From: Phoronis australis
Taxonomy: Eukaryota > Animalia > Phoronida
Direction of reading: 5' to 3'
Assembly (NCBI GenBank): GCA_002633005.1
Contig: NMRA01000111.1
Span: 87,855 to 151,854, forward strand
DNA: 64,000 nucleotides
Both the position numbers and the translations under genes were made by a program. Below are positions 37,961 through 52,700 of the stretch, piece by piece. The notes under the pieces were generated by a model. That model made no database searches. It had not been told where the DNA came from and saw only the letters and a list, made by a program, of their open reading frames with translations. How positions within the stretch are numbered: the first letter of the stretch is position 1; each line of letters starts with the position of its first letter.

Positions 37961-40900
37961 TGGCCAATCAGGTCGCATAGAACTGAGAGTGGTGACCTAT
38001 CAGACCTCAAGTAGTTAGAAGTGTGACCAGCAATATGTCGCGTAGTAAAAGGAAAGTCAAAAGTCGTAATTGTTTCAAGTGATCACTTTAACTTGGCTGA
38101 AACGATCAATGAGTTTTGAAAGGTGCATTTCACTGCTGTTTACCCATCACTGTTGAATTCTTAACCAAAGCGGTAGTGGATGTAAAAACATTACTGTGCT
38201 CATCGACCTTGAATTGTTACGGATTGAGCTGGCAAGTTACAGGCAATGCGTAAATAAGTTTTTGGTTTCAATATTCATGTTGATAATAGTAGAAAATATG
38301 ATACTGATTTTATGAGGGCGAAGGACCTTTCAATTTTCGTTTTTTAGCCAGCTGTACAGGATGAAATGTAGGTTGAACATTTAATTTTTCCTTGACTACT
38401 GTGTCTGCAAGACAATACTGGGTAATTACACACAATCTTTTTCTCTCAATCTTCTGAGTACACATGTTATGTACAATTTTCCTCAGACCACGGCAGATTG
38501 AGTTCTTTTATTCTTTTCAACACACCTTGTGTTCACAGTAATGTTATAAGTTCATATTTTCTAGTCGTATTGTAATCTGGATTTTGTGTAAAATTAGTCG
38601 ATCACGAGTTAGAACACTATTAGCTTCAGTAAAGTTTTGCACTCATCTAATATTGAGAGTGGTTTACTGGCTAACAGTTATCCATGACGGAAGACATGCA
38701 TTCCATGATAAAGTTCAGAATTATGTACATTGTACACTTTCTGTGAACTCTTGACATTTTTTTGTATTCTGTTGGACAACATTTGTTCACTGTTTTTTAT
38801 GAGTGCAGCAAGTGTGAATTTTTAAAAACAATGCGTATTTCTAGAATTTGTGTAGTGTCCACCTTGTAAAAATCACAAGCAAGTGGTGTGTCGCAAACTT
38901 TTTCTCATTTTCAATTATTTGTCGCAATTCTGCAGACTTGTGCTTTAAATACGTTGAGATAAATTACTAAATATTTGATTGATGCTGAGAAATGCCAGAA
39001 TGAGCTCCCGAAAAATACATTAATTTTAGCTCAGATATTTTGTGTACGCTGTCTGTTTTATATTTTGTTATGTGAGCCAGAGGCCACTTACTGGAAATGA
39101 AGGCTACTGTACGTATGTCTGGAGTGCAGATGAGCAATCAGCGTTTGTGCAATGATATTATTTTGTGTTGTTCTTCTTTAGGCTATCCCATTAGATTACA
39201 TGTCTGTGTGTAATTATGTAAGTTGAATTGTGAAGCACTATCTGCACATTCTTATTAAGGGTTATACAGCTTTGTAATAACTGTCATTATTCAGGGTGTG
39301 CAAACTGGTGCGTGAGCATAACTGTTCGAGCTCAATATTACTTTTTGTTTGAGACAGGGCAGTAAGGATTATGCTCCATTTTTCGTTCCACTTGGAGTAG
39401 TTGTATATGGTAATCAGACCACTGACTACATATTCTGATTGCTATATTCAATTTAGTATACGAAGTTGTAGTCTGTAGTCAGGGCTCAACAAAATGTAGC
39501 TTTTAACTGAATTGGTCGCTGTGGATGAATGCTTATCTGTGATGTGAATTAGACGGGATTTGAATGGAAAACATATCTATCTTCTTGACGCATTATAGTT
39601 GTTGGCTGTGTGTGTAAATCTTCTGAGACGTCCCGATGCCATTTCAAAAGATATTTATGGCAACATATTTTGGTTTTTGACAAAAAATCCCGTCAAAGTA
39701 TGATTTTAGTCTCCTGTGTATTTGCAGTTGATGGATTTAATTTCATGGATTATGTAACATGTGGGTATACTTGAGGAAATTCACATCAAGCACATGTATC
39801 GTTTCTGGCTTGTAGAACAAGGTTTGCATCTTTGTGATATTTATTAGAGCAATTAAATAGCAAGACTGGTTAATTTGATTCTGTAGATTTGTTTGGGTTA
39901 CCAGAAGAATGCTAATTATTTTATCTTTAATCCCTAATGGATTGATTATTTTTAATATATTTTGACTTGTGAAATTTTTTTCTGGAATGCTAAATGTGAA
40001 GTCGCAAATCGTTGTTGTATGGCCCTGTGAGTGACATGTTTGTTACTATGGCAGTGCGTGTAAAATATTTTGTGCTCGTAAAAATGTTAATGGCAAATAG
40101 GATGAAGTTTATGGTTAAAGTGTATCTTTGGTGTAGAATATTCCATGTATGACATTTTATTTGTTTATTTTTCATTGTGCATAGTGAGAGACTATTTTTA
40201 AAGAATTAAGCATATCAACACAGTTAGTTAAATTTTAATTTAAAAAAAATATAACTGTGTCAATACGTTTAGTTCACGACGTTAGTTGTAAAAAAAATTT
40301 AATTGTGTCAAAGTTCATTTGCCGTCAACTCCATTCACCACATCAGTCCTCAATATGTTCTTTAACTGGTGGTGTGCACATTAATGTGGTCATTTCACTG
40401 TCACTGGGTTGGCGTGCAACTAAATTGTAGAGTTGATTATCTCTGGAATGTTTCTGATTTACTGTTTTAAAATGTAATTAATATTTTGATAAGGAATAAA
40501 ATGTGTGGATGTTATCATTTCTGTTTTACATGTAATGTCCAGTCTTTAAATTATTTGATTCATGGCCCCAACTTATACCCAATTGAGGTTCTACCCTTTC
40601 GAATCAATTAATGGAAGCTCTACTTTCCAGTATAACAATAAATTATGAAACCTAGTTGTGTGTGCTAAAGGGAATGCAGTCAGTTCAGATGTTATGTTTA
40701 GTAAAAATGCAGCTTCCTGGTTACAATGGAGATACATTTTTCAATGTTTAATTAATATTTCCCTAGCGAATATTTATTATCCATGGAAAAAAGAATGTGT
40801 GACACGGGTGGCTCAGCAAAAGAATGTGACGTGGGTGGCTCAGTGAAAGGCCGCCATTTTGTGTCCACATCCTCTTCGATTGAGCAAAAGCAATGCCCTA

Positions 40901-43795
40901 CTCTCTTCTAAAGCATTACAAAACTAGACCAAGCAAGAACAGATTCTTGAAACCATATGCAACAACAAGTTGATTTAGTTTTGTTACGAAACACTTTTAA
41001 CTAACTAGGTCTCTTAGTACTTTTTATTGTGATAAATCATCTTGTTCCAGTTGAACTCGTTTGTAACTTACTGTTGCATTTTAAAAAAAGGTTGCAGAGA
41101 AGACATAAAAAACTTAATTTGCTTTCGTTCTGCACACATTCTATTTTAACAATTTCTTAACAGCAAGACAACAAAACAGTCTGTGGGATAAAGTTTGCAT
41201 GGGAGCCACAGCCATACGTAGTAAGACAGACAACTATATTGTCCAGGTGACATCAGTCCTTGTTGGAAGTGCCAGCTTTCAGTGCTTAGTTATTCAAGTC
41301 CAGAACCAAGTTTTTGAAGAGACTTTAGTCTTTAGCCAAGTCAGAAATCTGACAACAAATAGGCATAAGTTTTTAGTCTTTTGGATTTGGCCTTCTATCT
41401 AGTCGAGCAGATCACAGATTTGTCTTCAGGTGAAAGTCAATAGATTCTTCAAGAAATGAGCCAAAACATATACTGGCATCAGCTAATCTCCACTAGCAAC
41501 TAGTCTATATTGAAACCAGACGTTATTAAAAAGTACAAGTCAAAAATCTCAAAGCTGAAGATCAATTGGAGACCATACCCTTCACATGCAGAGGTGTTGG
41601 TAGTCACTTTGCCAACTACACATCTGCAACTGCAGCACAGTCTGAAAGTATCCAGACAAAATGAACCTGAATTTCTCATAACTACAGAGCGGAAAACTAA
41701 TTCATCATTAGAGAAGGCTTCCCTCGCGACCGAGAGTTGTCTCCCCTCATGGCTGAGAATGAAGAGGAATTAACAGGAAATTAAACGCAAGATGACCAAG
41801 CCATTCTGAAATTAGAATTTTGCTGTCCCAATAGTTATAACCTGTAACTTTTGCCATACACGACAAAGAAATATTTTGTACTCTAGTTGATGGGGAGATG
41901 GAAGACATTACTGTGCACCGCGTCTGTGTTACCCGAGCTATTGTTCACTGCAGAGATGTGACCAAGACATCGTCTTCCTGGTATCGTATAGATCGGAGCG
42001 CAAGTGATTAAAATCGATCAAAATCAAAAGAGCAAGTCAGTGCAATGGCAAGACGCAGAGGCCTCACAATAACGCAGTCGGTCTCCGAAGCGACGAATGG
42101 TACATAATGAAGACAATTGACAAAATGACACACAACTCCCCATTATTATGACTGGCCACAGGTGGAATTCATCGTTGTAAAAGCTGAGGGCTACGGGAAA
42201 AGTTGGAACAACGCCTCACAAAACGCCACCATGACGGGCAAACAGAATTTTGACAGATTATTTCAGATGTGTATTGAACAAAAAGTTATCTTAACAATCA
42301 ATTTATTACGCAAGTTGTACATTACATACCTTTCTTACTTACCAGAATGTACACTTTACCCAATGCAAGTAAAAAAACTTGTATTCATATCTACATTTTT
42401 ACAATGGTAGCTTTTGAAAATAATGTCTTTTTTACAACAATAACAAGATTTTTACAAACTTGGCATTTCTTCAGTAGAGAATTCAAATAAGGAGACACGC
42501 TTATCACATTGTACTAGCAAAGCACTCTAATACAAAACTAGCAATTTCAGCAATCTAATGATCTAACGCATTAGAACTTTAATTATGCTAATTAGTCCCA
42601 AGAGAAGCATCAGATCTCTGGCTTAGCGTTTATGGAGCCTACGTCGTTGAAATTAGAAGTCCAACAAAAGAATTAACAAGTGTGGCCAATAATCTGTTGC
42701 ACCATACTAAAATACAACACTGCCAGAGTACCATGCGCCATACTGGTTAGCAGCTATGAACCTCATCGAAGCTGGAATGGACCACATACTGAAAACATTG
42801 CCAAATTTACAGAACACACTCCAGAATTCTAAACATTCACCTAACTCTACAACTGATCAATGGCTTTACCAGCTCTAGCTCCAAGTGCAAAATTATCAGA
42901 ACCTTAAACTTGTGTTAAAATTACAGTAGCAAACCTACAGTACTAGTAACCCCTTAACAGTTTACTTGACTGAAGCTGCCCACACACAAGCACGACAAGT
43001 AATGGCAAAAAAATATATATTATCCAACTGATTCAATGCACCACACAGTTCTGATTACCTTCATGTTGGCCACCTTTAGGTGATTAAAGACAACATTTTA
43101 GGGAAGACTGCAAAACAAGTTACAGGCCATCAAATGCTTAGTGTCGGACTTTACGCACGTGTGTACTGTGAAAGCAGTAGATTAAAAAAATTTGCAGACA
43201 AGTTTTATGGGTGACAACGGAGGTATGTTTAATGATATGCTGAATATTTTCAAACCTTTAATGGTACACCCTTGCTTAAATCTGACATGAGCTTCCTCTA
43301 GGACCTTTCCCATAGGCAAGATTCACAACTGCAACAATGCAGTTATGTCATATTGACTATCTCAGTTCAGTATAAATAATGTGAAGAACACAGAATCTGT
43401 TCACAGCTTTACATTAAACAAGATCTCTCACACAAGTGTCATTTTATGACGCATCACCGTGTACATGTTTCTGATTGAATTTATTATTGCATCAAATCAC
43501 AAAAATGCGCTAGTTCATGGTCCCTCGACAACTATGGGCACCGCACAATAACTCAGGGTTCCTAGGTAGTTGCAGATACTACACAGCAATTCAGAGTCTC
43601 TCAAAAACCATGGACACCACACACCGTGTTAAGAGTCCCTTGACAGACGGGGGAGACTGTTCACCTAATTCAGGTTTCGTCGGCAGTCACAGACACCACA
43701 CACCTTATTTTGGGTGCCTTGACAGTAATTCAGGACTCTTGGAAGGACACCACACATCTTCTTCAGAGTCCTTGACAACTGACAATACCGCATGC

Positions 43796-46700
43796 CTAAT
43801 TCAGAGTTCCTCGGCAGTTGGGTGCACCACACAGACAGGGTATCTTCTCATCCTCGATAGGGAACTTGTAGTCATATGTTATTTCTTCATTCACATCAAT
43901 CTCCCGTCGACTGTAGATGACTATTTTCTTCTCATTCTCCACAGTGATTACTTTAGCATAGCAGTTAGGCTACAGAAATAGAGAAAATTTACACTGTAGC
44001 TGCCAAACAGCCAATTCGAGTCACCTTCCATAGAATGTAATTGCCCTCAGGCTACCCGACCGTCATGGCTGCCGTACTCAAAAACAAAGTTTCTCACTTT
44101 TAAACACAGCTCACTAACTCGATAAACTCTGTTCATCACTCATCAATGTGGCTCAGCCAACGCCAAACTCAGCGTCGGACTCACAAAACATGGCTTATGC
44201 ACACAAAAACAGCTCGCGGCTCACACACACAGCTCACTGACTGACCAACATGGTACATGGACATGGAGTATGTGCATTGTGTTTGAAAGTCTGTCACAAG
44301 TTTCTTCGGTGTGTAAGTACTCTTTGGCAAGGCCAACAATGTTTTCCGTTGGGAGCTATGTTTGTGTGTTCAAGCATGAGTTTTAAGTTGATGAAGCAAG
44401 TTAAAAGGGTCTGAGATTGGTGTTTTGAGTGAAGAACTATGTTTAGGCGAGCGACAGCAGCATTGTTCTGGTAGCCTGACCTTCACATACGTCTGCTCAA
44501 TAGATGGCAATACTGGATGAACACCAACCAGTCAAAGTGCTTATATGCCATTTGTCAGGTAACTAAATTAGTCTCGGCATTCTGGTAGGAAATTAGGTTG
44601 CTATTGCTCACATTTCTTTACTTAATGACATTATGCTTAGGGCAGTTTAGACTAGCTTGCTAAATACATGTCTCATCAAACAATAGAAATGGATTTTTAT
44701 GCTCTCCTAAATCTTGTAACATCGGCTAATCAGGACTAGTGCACACAATAATCTTTACTTAGTTTCTATCATTAAATGTAAATTTACTCCCTGTTAAATT
44801 CGACAAACTGACTGAAGTTGCAATGAACAACATGGTTTGCTAGAATATGCAACAACTTAAATACTCAAAAGAGACAATCAAGAGTAATTCATTCAATGGA
44901 GACAGAAACACGTCATAAACTTCCAACTCACATTACAGCTGTGGTTGATGAAGCGCGCCAGGTTGCCAGTCTTTGTTGCGTCAATGATGTTAGCGTTGTC
45001 GACACGGAACAGATAGCTGCTGCCAATGCCCTGTACCTCGTAGGCTTTTTCACGCTTGTCCGCTACAGACTGCCGGATCAGCTGGCCGACATACTCAATC
45101 ACCATCTGGTCTGCCGGAATGGGTTCCAGCGCAAACAGACCCCAGTCGTGGATAGAACTCTTGGCAAACTTAATGTTTTTCTTACGGAACTGCAAGGGAG
45201 GATATGACGAAATGAATGTCTGTGTGAAACCCAGCAGAGCAAGTGACCAATTCAACAGCATTTTGCATTCAACTATTACTTGCTTGTGCGACAAAACTAG
45301 TTGCATGTAAAATTGTGTTTAAATCCATACTTTGATTTACCAGCTTCAAATGTTTGATATCATCATTTCAACATGAAAATATCTGAAAACCAAATCTTGC
45401 AAGATCATGCATGACATATGTCTCTTGAAACTAGCAGTTACATGAGACATAATTATGATTATTTGCTTTTCACAACAGGATGGCATGACTTTTCAACCAA
45501 GAGTACAGTGAAATAAGAGACGATTCAAACTAAACCTAAAAATATTCAAAAATATTCCCACATTCCTCTTATTATCATGAAAATATGTCCAATAACAAAT
45601 ATCATTCTGACAAAAAGACACTGCAAATTAAACAATCCGTAAAAACCTGTTACCTTTAGCTGGTTGAACTTGAGTAGATCTCCAAGATCTAAGTCCCCAA
45701 ATGAAGCCAGAAGACGTCGCTGATCGTGACGTGCCTCACGTGATAAACTTGTCACAGCCAACTTAGTGTTCTTTGATGACGATTCCTGCAAACAGTCAAA
45801 CTGACACATATTAACCAAGAAAACAGAATGTGAAGTTGCAGCTAACGATTGTCCTACTGTTAAGCAAGTATCAAAACAATAGTGTTGGCCAGATCTCATG
45901 TTAACTATTATATCAGTGTGAAGCTTTCTTGATATATTTTTGTGAGCAGAACAGGATATTTTTGTTTACTCAATGAAAGTCACAAAGAGCAAAAAAATCA
46001 TAATTGACAACTATGAACTGTATTGCATCAAGTTTGCAACAACCAGTGTTACCATAAAAGTAACAAGGAAACTCCACTCAGTTCATAGTGCAATAGTACA
46101 TTGCAATAAAGAAAGAACACTAACTCAATCACTAAAAACTCGCACAAGGGCCTCCATATCAAACAAGCGGGGCTAAACGATGAGGTTTTCGAATATAAAA
46201 TAACTATAATTGCATGACCAATGATACTTCTGTCCTCTGATTGGCTAAAGCATGGCATGACATCTTCTGATATAGCATAACATTGACCAATGAGCATGTC
46301 AGTACATCACAGTAAGTAAGAACAAGCTAATCTAAAAGGAGACAATCAGAACAAGCTAATCTAAAAAGAGACAATCAGAGGAAAGAAGTATCAGTGGTCA
46401 TTTCATAAAACAATATAGGCCACTCCCTCAGGCGTATCAGGTCATGTAGACCAAGGGAGAGCAATATTGGCCAGAGTCTTTGACAATATTGGTCTCATTT
46501 GGTCCATACGAATCAACATCACCCTCATGATCCGTCTACATTATATAATGTAGCACAGTGTAACATTGAGTGATAAACAGCCTTACATTCAACGAGTCTT
46601 GCAGTGGTGTTGACACACTGTTATCCAACTGTCTAGTGCCTTTCATATATTTTGCCTTCTCCTTCATGCTGATCTTGTAGAATCCTTCAGTTCTGGCTGA

Positions 46701-49700
46701 GCCTGGGAATATGGAAAATTGTTGTCATCAACTGTAGCACTTCAAAATCATTATTTAAAATTAAGTTAGTTAAAGATTTTTTTCAAAAACTAACTGAATA
46801 TTACAATTCAGTAAATTTAAAAGACGGTACATTTTTTATTTGAGCTGACCTCGTAATGAACAAATACTTTAAGCTTTAGATAACCACTCCAATCATAGAA
46901 ACAAATTTGGTGAATCAAAAGGCCAATAAGTTTCGATTTTCTAAAGATTCATCTATTTAAGAGACAGTACTGAAGAAAGGAATCACAACTGATGTGCAGT
47001 CTTCTTTAAAGACATACAACTTGCAAGAATATTAAACCAGAAGTGTGTACCTGTCCCGTGCAGCACAGCCGGCAGGTCATCTGTTTGACCCTTCCTCCTC
47101 CTCTTGGGAGGCGGGGTGGGATCTGGGATCTTAGTGGCGCAGTGGTCTACCCAGTGGGTGTAGTTCAACCAGTAGTAGGCCTGCAACAGATGTAGACATG
47201 AGATTTGTTGAATACGAGATGAGAGACATCTACTGATAACATCCTATTTTCCTGTTGAGCATGTTTCTAGTTCTGCATACTTCAACACAACACTAAAACG
47301 AGACAAATGTAGGAAGCTTAAATTCAAGGGGTGGGTAAAGAGGGATATTGTAGTCACCCGTGAAAATGTTTTCTATTATTGTGACTACATAAATAAATCT
47401 GCCTGCAAATGTGAACGTACATTTTGTGAAATAGGAAACCTAAGAAAATAAGATCTAACACGACCTCAATCACACAGTTTTTGCTGATCCTTATAAAAAT
47501 GAGACGTAAAGATGTGTAAAACATCATTGCTACTGCCAGAGCCAATACTAAACAATGCCGAGTATCCCTCTGCCATCTACTACGTACCTGATTCTCATAA
47601 CCCAGACTCTGATCATAACTCCTCTTTAAGTACTGTATGTCCTCATCATCCAGCCCGCTGGTATACATGTCATACACTAACTGCCTGTCCTCCATCTGGC
47701 CACGCTGACGGAACTTGGGTTTGGGTGGCGGCTTGGCAGGCTCTAGTAGACTAGCCAGCTCTCTGTTTACCTTCCCAGTCACATCCTTCAGTTTGGCCCG
47801 TGGTTTCGTTTCCTTCTGTGCCCCTTTCTTACCAGCAATTGGGGTTGATTTTGGTTTTTCTGTAACTGCTTCCTTCACCGTAGGTTTGGCCTGGCTAAGA
47901 GCAGGATCAGCCGTAGGTAACATGCAGTAACTGTGTTCAGTCAACACCTCGGGAACAACATAGACTGGTTCCACAGGAACTTGATCTTCCTCCACTTCTT
48001 CCACATCTTTGTCCTTTGAGTCGTCGGGTGGGGCTTTGGCAAAGTAATAGTTGTGTTCTGTCATTGCCTGTGAGCCTCGCTCATCCATGACTGGTGCAGA
48101 CTTGGCCAGAGACCCAGGGGACACAGGCTCCCTTTCCAGGTCAAGGTCATTGTCTGATTTAGAGAACTCAATTTCACCTGTTTCGGCTTGCTCTTCAGCA
48201 CTGGCTGTGTCTTCATTTCCATCAACCTTAAATAAGTAAGTGACAAAATGCATGTTATTAAAACATTTACATTGTCAGTGTCAGGAAAGTTTGCACCTGA
48301 TTTCCGATGCCTAACCAAAAATCACACTTTCAGTATTTTTGCATTCAACAACAAAAACAACTTTTGTTCAAAATCATGATTTATGAAGATTCGGGTCGAC
48401 ACCCATAACTGTGAAAGAGCTGGTAGAACCATCCCCTAATGTTATTAGAGTTTGGCAGCATCTACCTAATATTTGAAGTCTGTGATACTTATGTAACAGA
48501 TTGTGCTTCATCGTCATCCGTTTGTTATTGACAGTGTGGAAATATGCTTTAAATAACAAATAAACCGATGATAAACCAACTATTAAAGCCCCCTGCAGCA
48601 CTGTCTTTGAAACCAATTTGTTTAGTTCATGTTTAGTGATGGAAAACTTCTCTTTGCTTTTTTGTAACAAATATCACTGAAGACTGAATGGAACTCATTG
48701 ATTGGTTCAACAGAAAGATTTGCCACAACTAACATGGTTTGTTCCAGTTTGAAGTTTGTAACTTCGGCTCAACATTTCTATGTTAGAAAAAAAAACAGTG
48801 TGAATATTTATTATATGATAGGAGTAACAAGTTACTGTTGACACTTGGTGCTATGTTAGAACATGAAATAATTTATTACGAAGGCAAACAGTGGAGGAAT
48901 GGAATAAGATTGTAAGAACTTATAGTTACCTCCATACTCTCTCGTCTTCCCTGTTCCTCTGACACTTCCTTAGTCACCTTCTTGCGTCGTTCCTTCACGA
49001 CTACTCCTTCATCCACCTTGTCATCCAAAATTTTCTCATCTGTCCTCTCCTCCTCTTCTTGGTCATCAATAGAGGCCTCACCGTGTTTAGACTCGTCCTC
49101 CTCAGTAATCACCTGAAATAGATGAATGCAGTCTTCTTTAGTTTTATTGTTAGTAGATAACAGTTAAATAATGCAGTTTTACTTCATCAAGCGTGCTCAA
49201 GCTTACTTGACAGGGTTTGTCATTATTTTCCTTGTATATTCTGTGTATTCATCAATAAACAAAAAACCTTACTTGACAGGTACTTTCCTAATTAATGCAA
49301 TTCTTTTCTTACAAGCTGCAGTTCTTTTGTCACCAACTGCAATTACTTTCTTAGAAGCTCAGGTCCATTCTCGCATACCTAAACAATAGTATTCATATAT
49401 AAATCCTAGTTCTGTTCTTTGATATTTCAAAATAAGATATCACACACAACATTTGCTTCCCCCAGACATCCTCTGTTCGCGCTATTCGTGGCAAAGATTA
49501 CTTTACAAACTGCTCTAGTTAAGCATATTTATATCAAATTTTAATGAATGGCATGGGGCTCATTGCAACTACTCATTAGTAAAAAGTTCACGAAAGAAGT
49601 GTCTTTGAACGAAGGCATAATTCAACCTGAAATTATAATTTCTCTGGAGAAAAGAAAACTGTTTATAATGAACAAAATGACTAGCATGAAAAAACAACCG

Positions 49701-52700
49701 AGTACTAAGACCGGAATTGTGGATAAGGAGACAGGTAACAAAAGAATTGCATCAATGATGAAAAGACACCGTTAATGAGAATGCCGGTGCGAAAACTCCA
49801 CCCACATCAAGCGAGTAAAGTGAATCTGGAAAAGATTTTTGGCCAGACGGATAATTTGTCCAGCTCATAGCCAAGATAGCATGAGCATATGCAATGGCCA
49901 GCCCTAGAAGCATGTAATATGATAGTGGTGTTGGTGTGGTTTAATTAGAAAAATGTACCACTACAGCTAAAACTCTACTGCATTGATAACAAGAGCATCG
50001 CAAAGCATTGAAATGTGCACATGACTGCATCGCCAATGGTGTGCTTCTAGGGGTGATTATTTCAAGCATAAAAAATGGCCATTAGATGGCACAGGATACA
50101 TTGAACCCATCCAGAAATGGGAAGGTGTCGTCGACTCTCAAAATTGTTTGCCAAACTTTATGAAAAACCATCAAAGAACACCAAAGATACAAAAGCAAAC
50201 AGAAAAAAACAAACTGCCATCTGGAACCACAGCAATAGCTGTCAAGTTAATACAATTGCAAAATTTTAAAAACGTCTTGCAAGGGGTTTAGGAGATACAG
50301 TAATAGATGTGAAAAAAATGTCACCAGGGGGCACCACAGGAATTGGACCTGTTTAAAATCCATGTTAGTCAATGCTTTTGTCAGTAGGAACACATCTGCC
50401 AATTTTCATGATGGTCCTCTGCGCAGTTTAGCTGATACAGAAGCAAACAACAAAAAAACAGACCAAAAATAATTAAAATGGCCACTAGTTGGTGCAAAAT
50501 ACGTCGAATCCATCACAAAAAGGAAACGTGTTGTCGTCTTCATAATAGAAATTAGTTCGACAAATTTCATGAAAAAGCATCAATGAACTTTGAAGTTACA
50601 GAGGCAAACGTAAAAAATAAATTCCTACTGGGGGGCACAGCTGTAGTGGGATTGGTCTGAAACTCGTCATCATCTGTTGCCATCTCCATAGGAACACATC
50701 TGCTAAATTTCCCAAAGATTTTGCAAAGGGTAAATGAGATGAACGCAAAAAACTACAATTGCCACCAGCCTTGGTCAGGGCTTGGAATGACCAAAGACAA
50801 AAAAGAGGAAAAATTTCCAGGTGATGTTTCATTCCTCAAATAAATAGGCTTGTGTGACATACATATTTTTGTGTTGTAAAATTTTACTGACAGAAAACAC
50901 TTTTGCATAAATAAAGTCAAAACAATGATAAAAGAGACGAGAAAAGAGGAAGCTGGAAATCAAAAAGAGGAAATTGAAACTAGAAAAGAGGAAATCCTGT
51001 TAAAAGAGGAAAATTTCAAACCTTGCTTGGTCTTCTCATCAGGAACATAAATTTTAATAATGATCCTTCAACTTCATATAAATACACTTGCCAAATTTAA
51101 AAGTTGGCAAATTTTGCATTGAAAAAGAAGATGGACACAATGAAGTGAGCATATCCTCACTACTGCGTCCTGTAGGTATGATCCTAAAATGTAAATTTCA
51201 CTGCCACACAGACAGTCAAGTTTACAACACCTACCTCAAGTTTGCTGACAGAGGAGTCTTGACTAATCTCTTCTTCAGGTAGTTTGTTCTTAGCTTTCAC
51301 CTTACTTTGTTTCTCTTCAGGTTTAGATTTTGCCTCATCCTCACTGGCACTACCTTCCTCTTCATCATCCTCTCCGTCAGATGACCCTGAAAGATCGCTG
51401 ACGTCGCTCTCCTCTCCGCTAGAAATCTCACTATCATCTGCAATGCAAAATACCGTTGAAGAAAACACATTGAAACCTTTTATTTAAGATAAGTGACAAA
51501 GTCGTTCCATGTTTCATCAAATATATACTTTTAGAATCCCCAAGGAATGAGAATTTTGAATACAAGCCTTAAAATGCAACACCATCCTTAATAACCATTT
51601 TGTGAAAAGTCTCATTTTTAACATTAATTTCTAAAAAAATAATCTGGAGGTGACTTTCAGTTAGAAGTGTATATTCTTATGATATATACACATGTATACT
51701 GTGATTTTTTTACTCATCCTCAAATAGCAGAGATAACCCCCATCAAATTCCTGTTTAACAGTGTCTTCACCATTGATGTCTAAACCCTAGGTTGTTTGAA
51801 GGAAACTTCCCTTGGAACTATGCAATAATCATGTAAAATTTTGTGTAAATCAATCCACCCATTTAAGAGAAATTGGCCGTCATTCCCGAAAATAGTGAAA
51901 CATCAAAAAGCCTCAGAAAATGCCACTAAAGATATCAGGCACAAATGTCTAATTGACCTATCGCAAGCTCCGCCCTATGCGAAAAGTCACGTGATACCCG
52001 ACATTCGTACGAGATGTCACAGGCAAATACACTGTCGCTAAACGACGTTCCTGGTGCAGGGCTTGGAATGACCAATGACAAAAAACACGGAAACTTTGAA
52101 ACTTTTACGGTCCAAATCATCGCCCGATAACCAGCCTAGAACTGGTCAATGTGAACCTTTCCCCGACAAAAATCGGGAGGACTAAAAAAAAAATAAAAAA
52201 CATGTTACCACCACCAGTAGCAAGCGTCTGCGTCCTTTTAGCTCGCCCGTCTACTCCCAACCCACACATTTTTGGCTGCAGAGCGGTAGTATTTGTCGCC
52301 GCGCTTAACAATAACACGAGACGCCATTGAAAATCCCACCACGCTGTCCCAGATGCCCCGGCAATGTTGACACTTTACGTTCATATAGAGCAACTTCCAC
52401 TTTTCGAGGTGAACGTCGTCTGCAACGCCGCGGTAAGAAAGGAATTTGCTGCGGAAATTTTATATCAAATCCGATTTTTTATGCGGAAATATTATAAAAA
52501 AGCCGAAAGCACATTTGAAAAAAGCGGAAATCCGCGTTTCCGCGGAAAATTCCAAGCCCTGCTGGTGGAATCGATGAGTGTTTTTTTACTATTTGAAAAC
52601 GCGTCGACAGAGACAAGAGCCGATGCTTTTCAACAGTGAATCGTATGTTCATGGTATGGGAATTTGTAAAAGTGACGATGAAAAAATAAGTGCTCGAGGA

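Noticed and set aside
43517-43981. 154-aa + strand ORF
   Set aside because: Antisense to the last SETD1 exon and its 3' UTR repeats; no recognisable protein.
49273-49377. Candidate small SETD1 exon bounded by AG/GT
   Set aside because: Stops occur in all three frames, and the flanking exons already join in phase.
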